A stretch of DNA of 43,734 nt from Candidatus Cloacimonadota bacterium (lineage in GTDB: Bacteria > Cloacimonadota > Cloacimonadia > Cloacimonadales > Cloacimonadaceae): positions 1-43,734 of the forward strand of contig JALNYD010000001.1 of assembly GCA_023230025.1 (NCBI GenBank), written 5' to 3'. Within the stretch, counting starts at the first letter, position 1, and every line of letters begins with the position of its first letter. The position numbers and the translations under genes were made by a program. Of this stretch, positions 8,642-18,161 are shown one piece after another. The notes under the pieces are model-generated. The model saw only the letters and a list, made by a program, of their open reading frames with translations. It did not search any database and was not told where the DNA came from.

Positions 8642-10510
8642 ATGAACCATCCTCAAGTGCTATCCCAATACCTTGGCAAGGCAGCCTTGTTTTTCCATCA
8701 GGGTCACTTACATTTTACCTATATTGATCAGGTCATGCAAGATAAGCTATGTTTAACTGACACAAAGGGGAACACCTTCACTCTCAGTCCTTCCAGAATC
8801 ATCCTCTTAGCGCAGTCGGGAAGCATTAGCAATATCCAGCTCCTTCAGGATTTCAAACAAAATGCCCTGGATAAAAGCAAAGCATTTACCAAACTTGATC
8901 TTGCGGGAGAGGCATTTCCTGAGTTATGTCAGCGTTTGAATCTGACCCAGGATTCTGCTCGATTCGGGCTCTTTGTACACCTCAAAAACAATCCCTTATG
9001 GTATTATCAAAAGCACGATAAACTCTTTACCAGAAGTGAAGAAGAAACCCAAGCCTACTTACTTGCTCAGAATCAGGCAGATCAGCGGAGAGCATTCTTA
9101 TCCACGATTGATAGCTATCTGAAGAATCTGAACTCCGCTCTTCCAGCAGAGCTTAAGCCAGAAGACTCCAGCCTGTTGCTCACTCAGCTTCAGCAGATGC
9201 AACAGGGGCTCAGAATTGATGATCTGGAGAAGCTTGCTTCACGCCGCAACCCTTATCCATCCCTCAGTGAGTATGTTGTAAGAATCCGAAAATCCCTGGG
9301 TGATGAGGCTGATGATCCAGCTTTGATGGAATCAGGCTTACCCATATCTTTCATTGATCTGCCATCGAAACTCAATCTGAAAGAAGCAGAGCTTCCGCTT
9401 GCAGATCATACTGCCTTTTGCATAGATGATGAAGATACTTTGGATTATGATGATGCCATCAGCATCCAAAGCTCTCCCTCCGGTTTTCGCATCGGCATTC
9501 ATGTAAGTAACCTTGCCCAATGCCTTAGTGCGGATCATCCCCTGTTCACACAATCCTTACAGAGAATATCTTCACTATACCTGCCCTCTCTGAACGTTCC
9601 GATGCTACCCATTGAGTATTCTCAGGGCAGATTCTCATTGCGTAGCGGTGAACAGAAACAGGTGTTGTCTTTATACCTTGATTTTAGTACAAATCTGGAG
9701 CTTAAAAACACTTTCCTGAAAGCGCAAGTGATCACGATCTCGCAAAACTTTAGCTACAATGATATCGATAAGGATCGCACAAATCCAGAACTACAGATGC
9801 TTTTCCGTATTGCTGCTGCTTTGAAAGATCAACGTGATCCAGCCATGGATAAGGAACGCTTTTACTATTCAATCAAAGCTAGTTCTTCCAGAATCTCAAT
9901 GCGTAAAGTAGATAGCCAAAGCCCAGCCCGGATGGTGATTGAGGAGCTGATGATCCAATACAACCGCTGTATCGCTCAGTATGCTTCAAGTCTCAAACTG
10001 CCCTTGCTATACCGGAACATCAACCAATTCCTGGATGATTTTCAAGAGGTGCGCAATAGCTCGGCATATCTTTCTACCACTCCTGGCTATCACCCTGGTA
10101 TCGGAGCTGAAGCCTATTTACATGCTACCAGCCCCATCCGTAGAGTGGTGGACATGATCAATCAGATGCAGGTGTATAACTCACTATATGATCAACCGAT
10201 TCCCTTTTCTGAAGATAATCTAAAGCGCATGATCCCCCATATTGAAAAGCGCATTCTACTGATCCGCGAAACTGTTATTCGCTCAGAACGCTATTGGTTC
10301 CTGAAGTACATTGAACAGGAATTGCTGAATAAACCTCTGCAAGCTCAGTTACGCGGTTATGTGAATGGTAGATTAAAAGCATTAATCCTGCCCTGGGGAA
10401 AACAGGTATTGCTTGATACAAATGCAAAACCTGATGACGAATACTTCCACCTGGTAGTATATAAAATCGATTGGTCGAAACAAATCCTGCTTGCCGATAT
10501 CATTGGCTAA
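8642..10510 (+). CDS. RNB-domain exoribonuclease (RNase II / RNase R family)
   Basis: 'DDEDTLDYDDAISI' (RNB motif I) and 'HATSPIRRVVDMINQ' (motif IV). An AAAGGAA RBS-like stretch lies upstream of the ATG. Confidence 0.85.
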   Translation: MNHPQVLSQYLGKAALFFHQGHLHFTYIDQVMQDKLCLTDTKGNTFTLSPSRIILLAQSGSISNIQLLQDFKQNALDKSKAFTKLDLAGEAFPELCQRLNLTQDSARFGLFVHLKNNPLWYYQKHDKLFTRSEEETQAYLLAQNQADQRRAFLSTIDSYLKNLNSALPAELKPEDSSLLLTQLQQMQQGLRIDDLEKLASRRNPYPSLSEYVVRIRKSLGDEADDPALMESGLPISFIDLPSKLNLKEAELPLADHTAFCIDDEDTLDYDDAISIQSSPSGFRIGIHVSNLAQCLSADHPLFTQSLQRISSLYLPSLNVPMLPIEYSQGRFSLRSGEQKQVLSLYLDFSTNLELKNTFLKAQVITISQNFSYNDIDKDRTNPELQMLFRIAAALKDQRDPAMDKERFYYSIKASSSRISMRKVDSQSPARMVIEELMIQYNRCIAQYASSLKLPLLYRNINQFLDDFQEVRNSSAYLSTTPGYHPGIGAEAYLHATSPIRRVVDMINQMQVYNSLYDQPIPFSEDNLKRMIPHIEKRILLIRETVIRSERYWFLKYIEQELLNKPLQAQLRGYVNGRLKALILPWGKQVLLDTNAKPDDEYFHLVVYKIDWSKQILLADIIG

Positions 10511-10600
10511 ACGACCAATTCCCTGCAGGAGCACTTGCCTGAAGTAATCACCTGTACATTATGAGGACGGGGCACCCATCCCCGATACTTCACCACTGTT

Positions 10601-10665
10601 TCAGCACTACATCAGCCCATAATCTCCACATGGCATGGGAGTATTATGGGCTGATGTAGTGCTGA
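10601..10665. repeat. Perfect 23-bp inverted repeat (long hairpin, 19-nt loop)
   Basis: tcagcactacatcagcccataat (10601-10623) is the exact reverse complement of attatgggctgatgtagtgctga (10643-10665). Confidence 0.9.
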
Positions 10666-10952
10666 ACATAGCATGAACCCGGGAGGAGGAAGCAATGTGT
10701 AGATGCCCATCACCGTATTTATTCGTGGGTAGTGTCAAAATGATCTGGAACAGCATGATGGGCTGTATTTCTGCACTGAATAATATCGTGTTTAGTTTGA
10801 AATGACATAATCCATGCCCAGCCCACCACCCAATAATGACCATTGAATAATCAGTGTCACTAGCTGCAGAGCTTGTGTGATGACTCAAAAAACGTGGTAT
10901 TGTCCCTTTAGTTCCCAACGGGACCTTAGTTGAGAAAGACTGGGGATAGGTT

Positions 10953-11030
10953 TGCAGACGTCTCGTCTGCATAAGCAGCGAAGCTGCTTACATTTACGGA
11001 ACAACGTTCCGTCGACACGAGACGTGTCGA
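10953..11030. repeat. Array of four abutting perfect tri-loop hairpins
   Basis: tgcagacg-tct-cgtctgca (10953-10971); taagcagc-gaa-gctgctta (10972-10990); cggaac-aac-gttccg (10997-11011); tcgacacg-aga-cgtgtcga (11012-11030). Confidence 0.9.
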
Positions 11031-11088
11031 ATCCTACGCCTTTTAATTGAAGGGCGATCTTTTTCGACACGAGACGTATCGAATCCTA
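11012..11088. repeat. Two direct copies of a 25-nt unit TCGACACGAGACGT(G/A)TCGAATCCTA, period 52 nt
   Basis: Copies at 11012-11036 and 11064-11088 differ at one position. Each contains a hairpin; the second has one stem mismatch. Confidence 0.85.
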
Positions 11089-11090
11089 TT

Positions 11091-11118
11091 AAAAAACCCG
11101 ATGCCCTGAGGCATCGGG
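11091..11118 (-). terminator. Rho-independent terminator of the 8-gene minus-strand operon
   Basis: cccgatgcc-ctga-ggcatcggg: 9-bp GC-rich stem, followed on the minus strand by TTTTTT (A-run 11091-11096). It lies 27 nt after the stop at 11145. Confidence 0.8.
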
Positions 11119-11144
11119 TGTATTATTTGGATTCTGAATCAGGA

Positions 11145-13316
11145 TTATTTCATCAGCATCATTTTGCGGGTTTCGCTATGACCTTCGGTGCTAAGACGAT
11201 AGAAATAAACACCGCTGGTTACAGCTCTACCGTTGCTGTCAGTACCGTTCCAAACCATGCTGGTTTTACCAAAAGGTGCTGAACCGTTGAACAGGCTCTT
11301 TACCAGCTGACCTTTTACGTTGTAAATGTCAAGCTTGGCCTGACCGGCTTTGGGCATATCAAAGCTGATTGTTGTTTCAGGATTGAAGGGGTTGGGATAG
11401 TTGGGATTCAACATTCTGGTTACAGCAGGAGCTGTGCCATTGGCATTGGAAACCATGGGCGGGAAAACAATCTGCATTTCCATGAACATCACTTCGCCAC
11501 CATCATTGTTCGGGTGAGCAGGAGGAGTATTGGCATAGGAACCCCAAGTATAATCGTTGTAGAACATCATACCGATTTTTCCAATCTTATTCTCACCATC
11601 TGGGCCAACGTAGATAACCTGGTCAGCGGGATACACCCACATTGGTTTGATTCCATCGAACTCAGGAGTTTCAACGCTATTCAAAACAATGGGTTCAGTC
11701 CAGTTATCCCCACCGTTGGAAGAAACTGAGATATAGATTTCTGGAACTTGGCTAAATTCAGCATAATCAGGATCATTATCGACGTTAGCCGCTTTAGCGC
11801 GCATACAGTCTTGCCAGACTGCTACTAACATGTTCTGATCATTCACTTCGCTAACCTTGATGTTGTTGTAGTGAAACTCCATAGCGTCAGTATGAAGAGA
11901 TTCATCCCAGTGTGGGAAAGGCCATATTTTTTCAGGGTTCAGGTAATATTGTTCATCATCAGCCTGGTAGTATTCCGGTTCACCCCAGGGAGCTTCAAGA
12001 TCCCAGGGAGTCCAGGCGGAGTTGAATGTATCATCAGGATTGATCTGAGGAAAGATTTCATTTACTGCGAATTCATTTGTCAAAGGATTCCAAACCAATG
12101 ATTTTACAACCTGGAAATCAACCCAGTATCCACCTTCAATCGTGCTTTGTGCCCAAACACCGGGGAAAACCACGCGTCCGTTGGGAGTTGTTACAGCATT
12201 CAGGTGACTGGAGTTTGCCAGAGACCAAACCATCTCATCATCCGGATAAGGTACATCACCTTCACCAACAAAGTAACCGGTTCCGCCAGGGGTACCGGCA
12301 GGGTTCCAGGATGGAAGCTGACCAGAGCCGCTAATCCGGGTCCAGGTGCCTTCACCATAATTGTCGTTTACAAAGATATCTGTGCCATCTTCAATGATAC
12401 TGGTGGTTCCATCGGATTCAGTGCCGATGTGATAACCGGCATAATAGACATTACCCTGGTTGTCTGTAGTCAGGGCATGGAAAGGACGACGCCATTCGGG
12501 ATCGTGGTTCCATTGATCCATTTCCGGGATTGATGTGTGATTCCATTGCAAGGGAACGTTTCCTTCCAGCATATCACCATTAAAATCAGCATAAGCAATG
12601 TAGAGGTTTTCACTGGGGTTGCCAGGAGTATTGTGAGTTACATAATTACGCATGGCTACATATACTCTGCGCATTCCAGCAACTGGTGATGGTCCGATTT
12701 GAGCGGTTGGCCAGATGAATTCATTATCGGTAGAGGGATCTCCAACACCAGGAGTAACGGCGATGGGGTTATCAGCAATTACTTGAATATCATTGAACAA
12801 ACCAGAGATACCACCGATGAAGGCATCAGAAGTGTATTCCACTTCCAATTCAGCATCTGTGTCACCACTGGCATTTGCGTGCCAGGCATACAAAGGTTTG
12901 CCAGAAACAGGATCCACCGCTACGGTTGGATAACCTTCATTGTTGTTTACGGCAGTAATTTCGTTGTTGTTGATCATATTCCCCTGAGCATCCAGGTGTG
13001 CATAAAAAGCACGACGGGTGCCGGTGGGGGTACGTTTTCCATGATAAGTCATGAAATATCCAGGATACATGGGATCCGGGATCACGCGAATTGGAAGACC
13101 ATTGTAACTTCCGATCATATAGTCATAGTAGTTAACCATAAGGGAAGTGGGGGTTTTAGTAAAGGTAAAAGCCGGTACTTCACGGGTACGTGAGACCATT
13201 CTGCCAGGACCTTCTACATCATAAGCTTTAGGGTAGGCAGCAGCTTTCATTTCTTTGGCATACACAGCACTGACCAGGAAGGACAGGCATAGGACGAGTA
13301 ACAAGAGTTTTTTCAT
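11145..13316 (-). CDS. Secreted protein with an Asp-box (BNR-like) motif and a T9SS-type C-terminal domain
   Basis: Start placed at ATG 13316 with a GGAGG RBS 4 nt upstream, giving signal peptide MKKLLLLVLCLSFLVSAVYA. 'VSSNGGDNWTEP' is Asp-box-like. The C-terminus 'YPNPFNPETTISFDMP...LDIYNVKGQLV...GVYFYRLS' is T9SS-CTD-like. Confidence 0.75.
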   Translation of the reverse strand: MKKLLLLVLCLSFLVSAVYAKEMKAAAYPKAYDVEGPGRMVSRTREVPAFTFTKTPTSLMVNYYDYMIGSYNGLPIRVIPDPMYPGYFMTYHGKRTPTGTRRAFYAHLDAQGNMINNNEITAVNNNEGYPTVAVDPVSGKPLYAWHANASGDTDAELEVEYTSDAFIGGISGLFNDIQVIADNPIAVTPGVGDPSTDNEFIWPTAQIGPSPVAGMRRVYVAMRNYVTHNTPGNPSENLYIAYADFNGDMLEGNVPLQWNHTSIPEMDQWNHDPEWRRPFHALTTDNQGNVYYAGYHIGTESDGTTSIIEDGTDIFVNDNYGEGTWTRISGSGQLPSWNPAGTPGGTGYFVGEGDVPYPDDEMVWSLANSSHLNAVTTPNGRVVFPGVWAQSTIEGGYWVDFQVVKSLVWNPLTNEFAVNEIFPQINPDDTFNSAWTPWDLEAPWGEPEYYQADDEQYYLNPEKIWPFPHWDESLHTDAMEFHYNNIKVSEVNDQNMLVAVWQDCMRAKAANVDNDPDYAEFSQVPEIYISVSSNGGDNWTEPIVLNSVETPEFDGIKPMWVYPADQVIYVGPDGENKIGKIGMMFYNDYTWGSYANTPPAHPNNDGGEVMFMEMQIVFPPMVSNANGTAPAVTRMLNPNYPNPFNPETTISFDMPKAGQAKLDIYNVKGQLVKSLFNGSAPFGKTSMVWNGTDSNGRAVTSGVYFYRLSTEGHSETRKMMLMK

Positions 13317-13341
13317 CGTTCCTCCAGTATTTTTATTCATT

Positions 13342-14373
13342 TTAGTATCTCATTTTAAGTGACACACGATGTGCGCTCTTAAGCATGTTTTCGGCCAAAT
13401 AGCCCATATCAGTATAGGCATAATCAATATTGAAAATCCCCAAAGAGGTTGGAACCTGCCAACCTGCTCCAGCACTGAAACCATTGGTGTCATAGTTGAA
13501 CTGGTAACCAGCTCTCAGGAAGATGTTACCCAATTTGTATTCGGTGCCAAGGTTCCAGGTTTCCGTCCGGTCTATTACGTTATCCAGCTGTAGCGAAGCA
13601 ATCCAATGACTGTTATCAGTACGCATCAGGTCACCAGACACTCCCAATGAAAAGTGCATGGGAATCTTGCTTTCCAGTTCTGCTCCATCCTCGTCAATCT
13701 GGCCATCACCATCGTTGTCGTACAAATCAAATGGATCCTCATCAGTTGAGCCATCATCATCATCATCAACGCGGAAACGGACATCTGGACCGAAGTTTTT
13801 AAGCGCCATTCCTATCTTGATATTGTTCCATCCGGTATTATACATGGAGCCAAGATCAAAGGCATAGCTGTTTACAGCGTATTCATAGAGATTCTCACGC
13901 AGGTACTTGACACTCCCACCAGCAGAAAACTTGTCGGTGAACTGCTGAGCATAACTCAAGCCAAAAGCAGCGCTGCTGTTGGTAAAATACTCACCAGTGT
14001 GTTCAAAGGTTTCTTCATCGGTTATTTCCATCTTGTCCATGTGAAGTACTGTGCCAAATACTGCATAAGTAGACACACCGGTTGTGTATGTTGCGGCGGC
14101 ATACTCCTGCATAATATTGGCAGGCCAGTTTGTGTGTGAGAAGAACACTTGATTTTGAAACGATGGAGCCAGACCTGCGGGATTCCAGAATACAGACGAG
14201 ATATCGTCAGTAACTGCAGTATAAGCTTCGCCCATACCGATAGCACGGGCATCGACACCAAGTTTGAGGAACTGCATTCCCACTGTACCCACCTTGCCAA
14301 AGGGCTTGGCAGATATCCCAAAGGGCACCAGCAGGACAGCCAGCGTAAGGATCAAGACAATATGTTTCTTCAC
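13342..14373 (-). CDS. PorV/PorQ-family outer-membrane beta-barrel carrying an acidic Ca-binding-like loop insert
   Basis: GTG start with a GGAGGA RBS and signal peptide MKKHIVLILTLAVLLVPFGISA. 'ARAIGMGEAYTAVTDDISSVFWNPAGLA' is the family signature as I recall it. Terminal residue Y. The insert is 'VDDDDDGSTDEDPFDLYDNDGDGQIDEDGAE'. Confidence 0.7.
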   Translation of the reverse strand: MKKHIVLILTLAVLLVPFGISAKPFGKVGTVGMQFLKLGVDARAIGMGEAYTAVTDDISSVFWNPAGLAPSFQNQVFFSHTNWPANIMQEYAAATYTTGVSTYAVFGTVLHMDKMEITDEETFEHTGEYFTNSSAAFGLSYAQQFTDKFSAGGSVKYLRENLYEYAVNSYAFDLGSMYNTGWNNIKIGMALKNFGPDVRFRVDDDDDGSTDEDPFDLYDNDGDGQIDEDGAELESKIPMHFSLGVSGDLMRTDNSHWIASLQLDNVIDRTETWNLGTEYKLGNIFLRAGYQFNYDTNGFSAGAGWQVPTSLGIFNIDYAYTDMGYLAENMLKSAHRVSLKMRY

Positions 14374-14382
14374 AGTTCCTCC

Positions 14383-17300
14383 CTATTTGATTATTACAAA
14401 TTTACCGACTTTCAACTTGTCGTCGGCTTTGTTTTCTACACTGAACAGATATACGCCGGGAGCGATTATCTGATTGTGTTGGGATAGCAAATCCCATGCA
14501 TGCATACCGCTGGCAGCAATGCCTTGGGTAGTAGCTTTGGAGATGGTGACAATATCGGTTTGTTGCGCTCCATCATGATCTATGGTCTTTACCAGGTCAC
14601 CGGCAAGAGTATAGATCCTGATTTTGCAACGATTGGGCAGGTTAATGAACCACAAACGGCGGCTCTTATCTCCCTTCTCATCGTTATCGTATCTTCCATC
14701 AAATTTGCTGCGGCCAATGTAGGGATTTGGTACTACCTTTATGTCATCCATTTTTTCAGTAGCCAAGGTCCCTGGGAAGAAGACCTTCATATTGGCATCA
14801 GAATCACGCCCCGTTTCCAGGAAGTTCAGATCATTTGAGGGAATACCACGATCAAAGGCCGTAACTGCCACGTAATATTCGATCCCCTTTCTGGGATAAT
14901 GGATGGATGATCTGTAATATCTGCGAGCCAGGCGTTCCTTTTCAAGCTTTGTGAGCTCTTCTGCAGTAGGATCGATTTCCCCATCCGGGAATGCGAATCT
15001 CTTCAAAGGAATCAATTTGGGATCATAAAGAGAAGCGAATCTTTCTGGGTAGTCTATCAGATCCGGATGCATGAACATTTTAGCTTGCAGATAGTCCTGT
15101 TCCTCATTGCTTAACATGGGATTATCAGCCAGGATCTGGTCTGCTTGACTCTGGATCTCAGGAGTCCAATCTTTGTCCGGATCATAAATCGGCCAGCCAT
15201 AGAAGACGCTTCCGTTGGGAACCAGATCATAGTATTCATTCAAACGGTAGAACCTGGCATATTCTGCTGGATCAGCTTGCCACCCACGCTCGTTAATATC
15301 AGCTAAATCAGAGCGATTGGGAAGATCGTTATCAATACCCAGGTAGCCGCCGAAATCAAGGAACAGATCCACTGAATCAGCGTTGATCGAATAATCTGCA
15401 AGATCCTGCGGTGTATCAATCTTATCCCAACGGTTAATCATTTCCCAATCTTCCTGACTACCACTGCCGGAACGTCCCCAAACTGAGTATCCCTGGAAGT
15501 CATGACGCAAGCGGTATGCTGTCCATGGATTAGCCAGAGCATTGTTGTTCCAAGGAAAACCATCACCGAAATCTGTGCGGAACTCCAGAGGGAATTCATC
15601 AGGCCAGTTGTTTTCGTAAGGTGCGGGGTCACTATCCAAACCGGGCTTATATTGAGAGCTTCCTGGGAATTGCCAACCCATGATTGCAGTTGAAACCGTT
15701 TTCACATCGTAGGTGAATTCACTGCGATTATCCCAATACAGATCAATGCGATTGCCATTATCCATGAGCTCAGCGTGTAGAGCAGGTATAGCTGGAGGTT
15801 CCGGAGGATTATAGTGCGGGAAGGTATCCGGAAGAACCACAGTTATCAGATCCTGTGCCTGGCCATAGATTTCCTTAGCCCAGCGGGCAGTTCTCTTGAG
15901 GTCTTCCTTGTTCTCGCCGGGGAATACGGCAACCACGATTTTCATGGTCTTTCCGGGAGCTAGATTCCAACGTTTAAAGTAATCCCCATGTTCGTCTACT
16001 TCGTCATACTCTGGAGTACCGGGTTGAGCTCCGTAGAAAGCAAAAAGGAAACGCGTGTCATTGGGGCTGGGTTGTTCAAACTCAGTCGCGGTCTCACCAT
16101 CACCGGGACGCAGAGGAGTATAGTAGCTGGTGTTGGGGTTCTTGCCCGTTAACAACCAATACTTTTCATTGGCTGTACGTCCGGTGGGTGTAAGGCTGCG
16201 AGGATTACCATCATCAGGACCCTGTCCAACTTTCCAATACCAGCAATGAAACTCGAGGTTTTCAGGATCTGGGGTACATACACGTGCACCCACCAACCCG
16301 GTGGTTAAACCACCATCACCGTCTTCATCACGGGTATATGCAAATTCATAGCCTTCACCTTTCACATAACCGGAAAGGTCGTCAGAAGCTTTTTCCACAC
16401 CCCAGGTTTGAGGTCCAACGTCTGCATCCATGTAAATACCCATGGCGCAATCGATGAGTTCATCATCGGCATTCATATTGGTAATGTTGAACTCAACGTA
16501 AACCAGGTTCTTTATGTAGTCATAGCTCCATTGATAGCTCATTTGACGAATCCGCACATTCAAAGGATAGTGCTTGTTGCTTCCGCGAGATTGACCGTGA
16601 TCACGATCACCCTCGGTGCCAAATGGGCAATAGTCATAATAGTAGGAGATGAAATCCTGCTCTGAAACAGGAGCTCCATCTTCATCTCTGCGGCCATCAC
16701 GATCGTCATCATAGCTGGCAGTAAAAGCATAGCTGGTGTAACTGCGATCTGCCAGATCCATGAATCCAAGAGGGAACCAGATCTCAGCATTGGAAGGATC
16801 ATCCAGGATTGAGAACGCTGATGATGGCATATTGGCAAGATGTTGCCCACCAAAAGTGCTGAACTGGGCAGGTAATTCACTGGCAAGTCTGAAGGGGAAT
16901 GTATATCCCACAAAGTCTTCATCTATGCGACCATCACCGTCATCATCCACTCCCCGCTTTTGCTGTCGAGTGGAGGCAGAGGCTATGCCATCCACAGCAT
17001 TATAAAGTGTATAGTTGTCTGCCTGCGCTGCATTGGAAACTAGCAGGGGATTGTATGCAGGCAGAAATTCATAGAGATCTGCATCACCATCAAAACCAAC
17101 AGTTACCAATGTGTCGAGCACTGGTTTCATGTCCTGAGTCCAGCCATCTTCTCCCTCATAGAGGATTGTATCATTTGAAGCTGATGGTGGATATACTTTC
17201 CAGTACAGTTTACGGTTCAAGCCATCACGGCGCTGTTTCTTGGCTCCAAACCACAGGGCACCCTGATAAAGATAATCGATACCGCTACCACCGGGATACT

Positions 17301-17505
17301 CCAGAGAGGGATACTGCGGAACGATGTCATCACCAGAACCAAAGAAACCGTAGTTACTGACTCTTAGCCAAATGTTTCCCACATTGTGGTATTTGGATAG
17401 ATCCAGCTTCTTGGTTCCTGTAGTGGGAACCGCCTTGGCTGCGTATGCCATGCTGGCTAACATCAGAATCAGCACCAGGCAGAACACGATCTTATTCATT
17501 TTCAT
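14383..17505 (-). CDS. Large (1040 aa) secreted protein of unknown function with DxDxDG Ca-binding-like motifs and a T9SS-type C-terminus
   Basis: ATG 17505 has a GGGAG RBS 6 nt upstream. Signal peptide MKMNKIVFCLVLILMLASMAYA. Motifs 'DDDGDGRIDED', 'DDDRDGRRDEDG', 'DEDGDGG'. The C-terminus 'IRIYTLAGDLV...GVYLFSVEN...GKFVIIK' is CTD-like. Confidence 0.7.
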   Translation of the reverse strand: MKMNKIVFCLVLILMLASMAYAAKAVPTTGTKKLDLSKYHNVGNIWLRVSNYGFFGSGDDIVPQYPSLEYPGGSGIDYLYQGALWFGAKKQRRDGLNRKLYWKVYPPSASNDTILYEGEDGWTQDMKPVLDTLVTVGFDGDADLYEFLPAYNPLLVSNAAQADNYTLYNAVDGIASASTRQQKRGVDDDGDGRIDEDFVGYTFPFRLASELPAQFSTFGGQHLANMPSSAFSILDDPSNAEIWFPLGFMDLADRSYTSYAFTASYDDDRDGRRDEDGAPVSEQDFISYYYDYCPFGTEGDRDHGQSRGSNKHYPLNVRIRQMSYQWSYDYIKNLVYVEFNITNMNADDELIDCAMGIYMDADVGPQTWGVEKASDDLSGYVKGEGYEFAYTRDEDGDGGLTTGLVGARVCTPDPENLEFHCWYWKVGQGPDDGNPRSLTPTGRTANEKYWLLTGKNPNTSYYTPLRPGDGETATEFEQPSPNDTRFLFAFYGAQPGTPEYDEVDEHGDYFKRWNLAPGKTMKIVVAVFPGENKEDLKRTARWAKEIYGQAQDLITVVLPDTFPHYNPPEPPAIPALHAELMDNGNRIDLYWDNRSEFTYDVKTVSTAIMGWQFPGSSQYKPGLDSDPAPYENNWPDEFPLEFRTDFGDGFPWNNNALANPWTAYRLRHDFQGYSVWGRSGSGSQEDWEMINRWDKIDTPQDLADYSINADSVDLFLDFGGYLGIDNDLPNRSDLADINERGWQADPAEYARFYRLNEYYDLVPNGSVFYGWPIYDPDKDWTPEIQSQADQILADNPMLSNEEQDYLQAKMFMHPDLIDYPERFASLYDPKLIPLKRFAFPDGEIDPTAEELTKLEKERLARRYYRSSIHYPRKGIEYYVAVTAFDRGIPSNDLNFLETGRDSDANMKVFFPGTLATEKMDDIKVVPNPYIGRSKFDGRYDNDEKGDKSRRLWFINLPNRCKIRIYTLAGDLVKTIDHDGAQQTDIVTISKATTQGIAASGMHAWDLLSQHNQIIAPGVYLFSVENKADDKLKVGKFVIIK

Positions 17506-17519
17506 CAAACACTCCCGGA

Positions 17520-18152
17520 TTATTTCAATTGGAACTCAACCGGGATGATCACTAGCGTGTCAACTGGTTGTCCGCTACTTTTTCCTGGTTGAAATCTTAC
17601 TTTACGTACGGCTTCAATGGCAGCTTCATCCAAGCCACCAGGTACCGAGCGTCTTACGTGAATATTTCTCACAGAGCCATCTTTGAGCACTTCCACTTCC
17701 AATACCACTTTGCCTTGTATCCGATTACGTTTGGCAAACTCGGGATAAACCGGATTCAAGGATCCAATCATCACCGGGGCTTCATCGTACGCCACAAAGT
17801 TGACTGGAGTTTCATCATTGCCTGAAAGACTGGATGCCGTGGTGGTGTTGATATTTCCAATCTGCGAAAGAGCAGCCTGATAGGCTTCCACATCAAACTC
17901 CTGGGTTCCCAGCTCTTCACTGATCACCAGAGGAATCTCGATATTTACCTCAGTTTCGGGAGGTTCAATCTTCTCGCGCTCTTCCATGGGAATATCCACA
18001 AGCTCCATTCGTTGCGTTTTAAATACTTGCTTTCTTACTTCTATCTTTGGAGTAACCATCATCGCAAAGAGCAACAGTGTGAGTGAAAGCGCCATTGCCT
18101 TGCCAAATTGGCTGTTGGCATAATCTTTCCAATCATTGTATTCGTGCTTCAT
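17520..18152 (-). CDS. tonB: TonB-family energy transducer
   Basis: N-terminal TM helix, a Pro/Glu-containing linker (EPPETEV), and C-terminal 'PVYPEFAKRNRIQGKVVLEVEVLKDGSV...EAAIEAVRKVRFQPG', a TonB C-terminal domain. Confidence 0.85.
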   Translation of the reverse strand: MKHEYNDWKDYANSQFGKAMALSLTLLLFAMMVTPKIEVRKQVFKTQRMELVDIPMEEREKIEPPETEVNIEIPLVISEELGTQEFDVEAYQAALSQIGNINTTTASSLSGNDETPVNFVAYDEAPVMIGSLNPVYPEFAKRNRIQGKVVLEVEVLKDGSVRNIHVRRSVPGGLDEAAIEAVRKVRFQPGKSSGQPVDTLVIIPVEFQLK

Positions 18153-18161
18153 CTTTGCCTC

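Noticed and set aside
10607-11070. ORFs 10607-10972 (121 aa) and 10885-11070 (61 aa) on the minus strand of the convergent spacer
   Set aside because: They have no RBS. Their products are low-complexity and built by reading through the palindromes and hairpins. They overlap each other and lie outside the terminator-defined operon end. They are treated as non-coding.
11012-11088. Mini CRISPR array (25-nt repeat, 27-nt spacer)
   Set aside because: There are only two repeat copies. No cas genes or leader are present in the window. The repeats form part of a larger set of unrelated hairpins.
10950-11090. tmRNA or tRNA-like gene suggested by GGATTCGAC (minus strand) and TCGAATCC T-loop-like strings
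   Set aside because: I could not fold an acceptor stem, T-arm pairing or tag reading frame. The motif is simply part of the duplicated hairpin unit.
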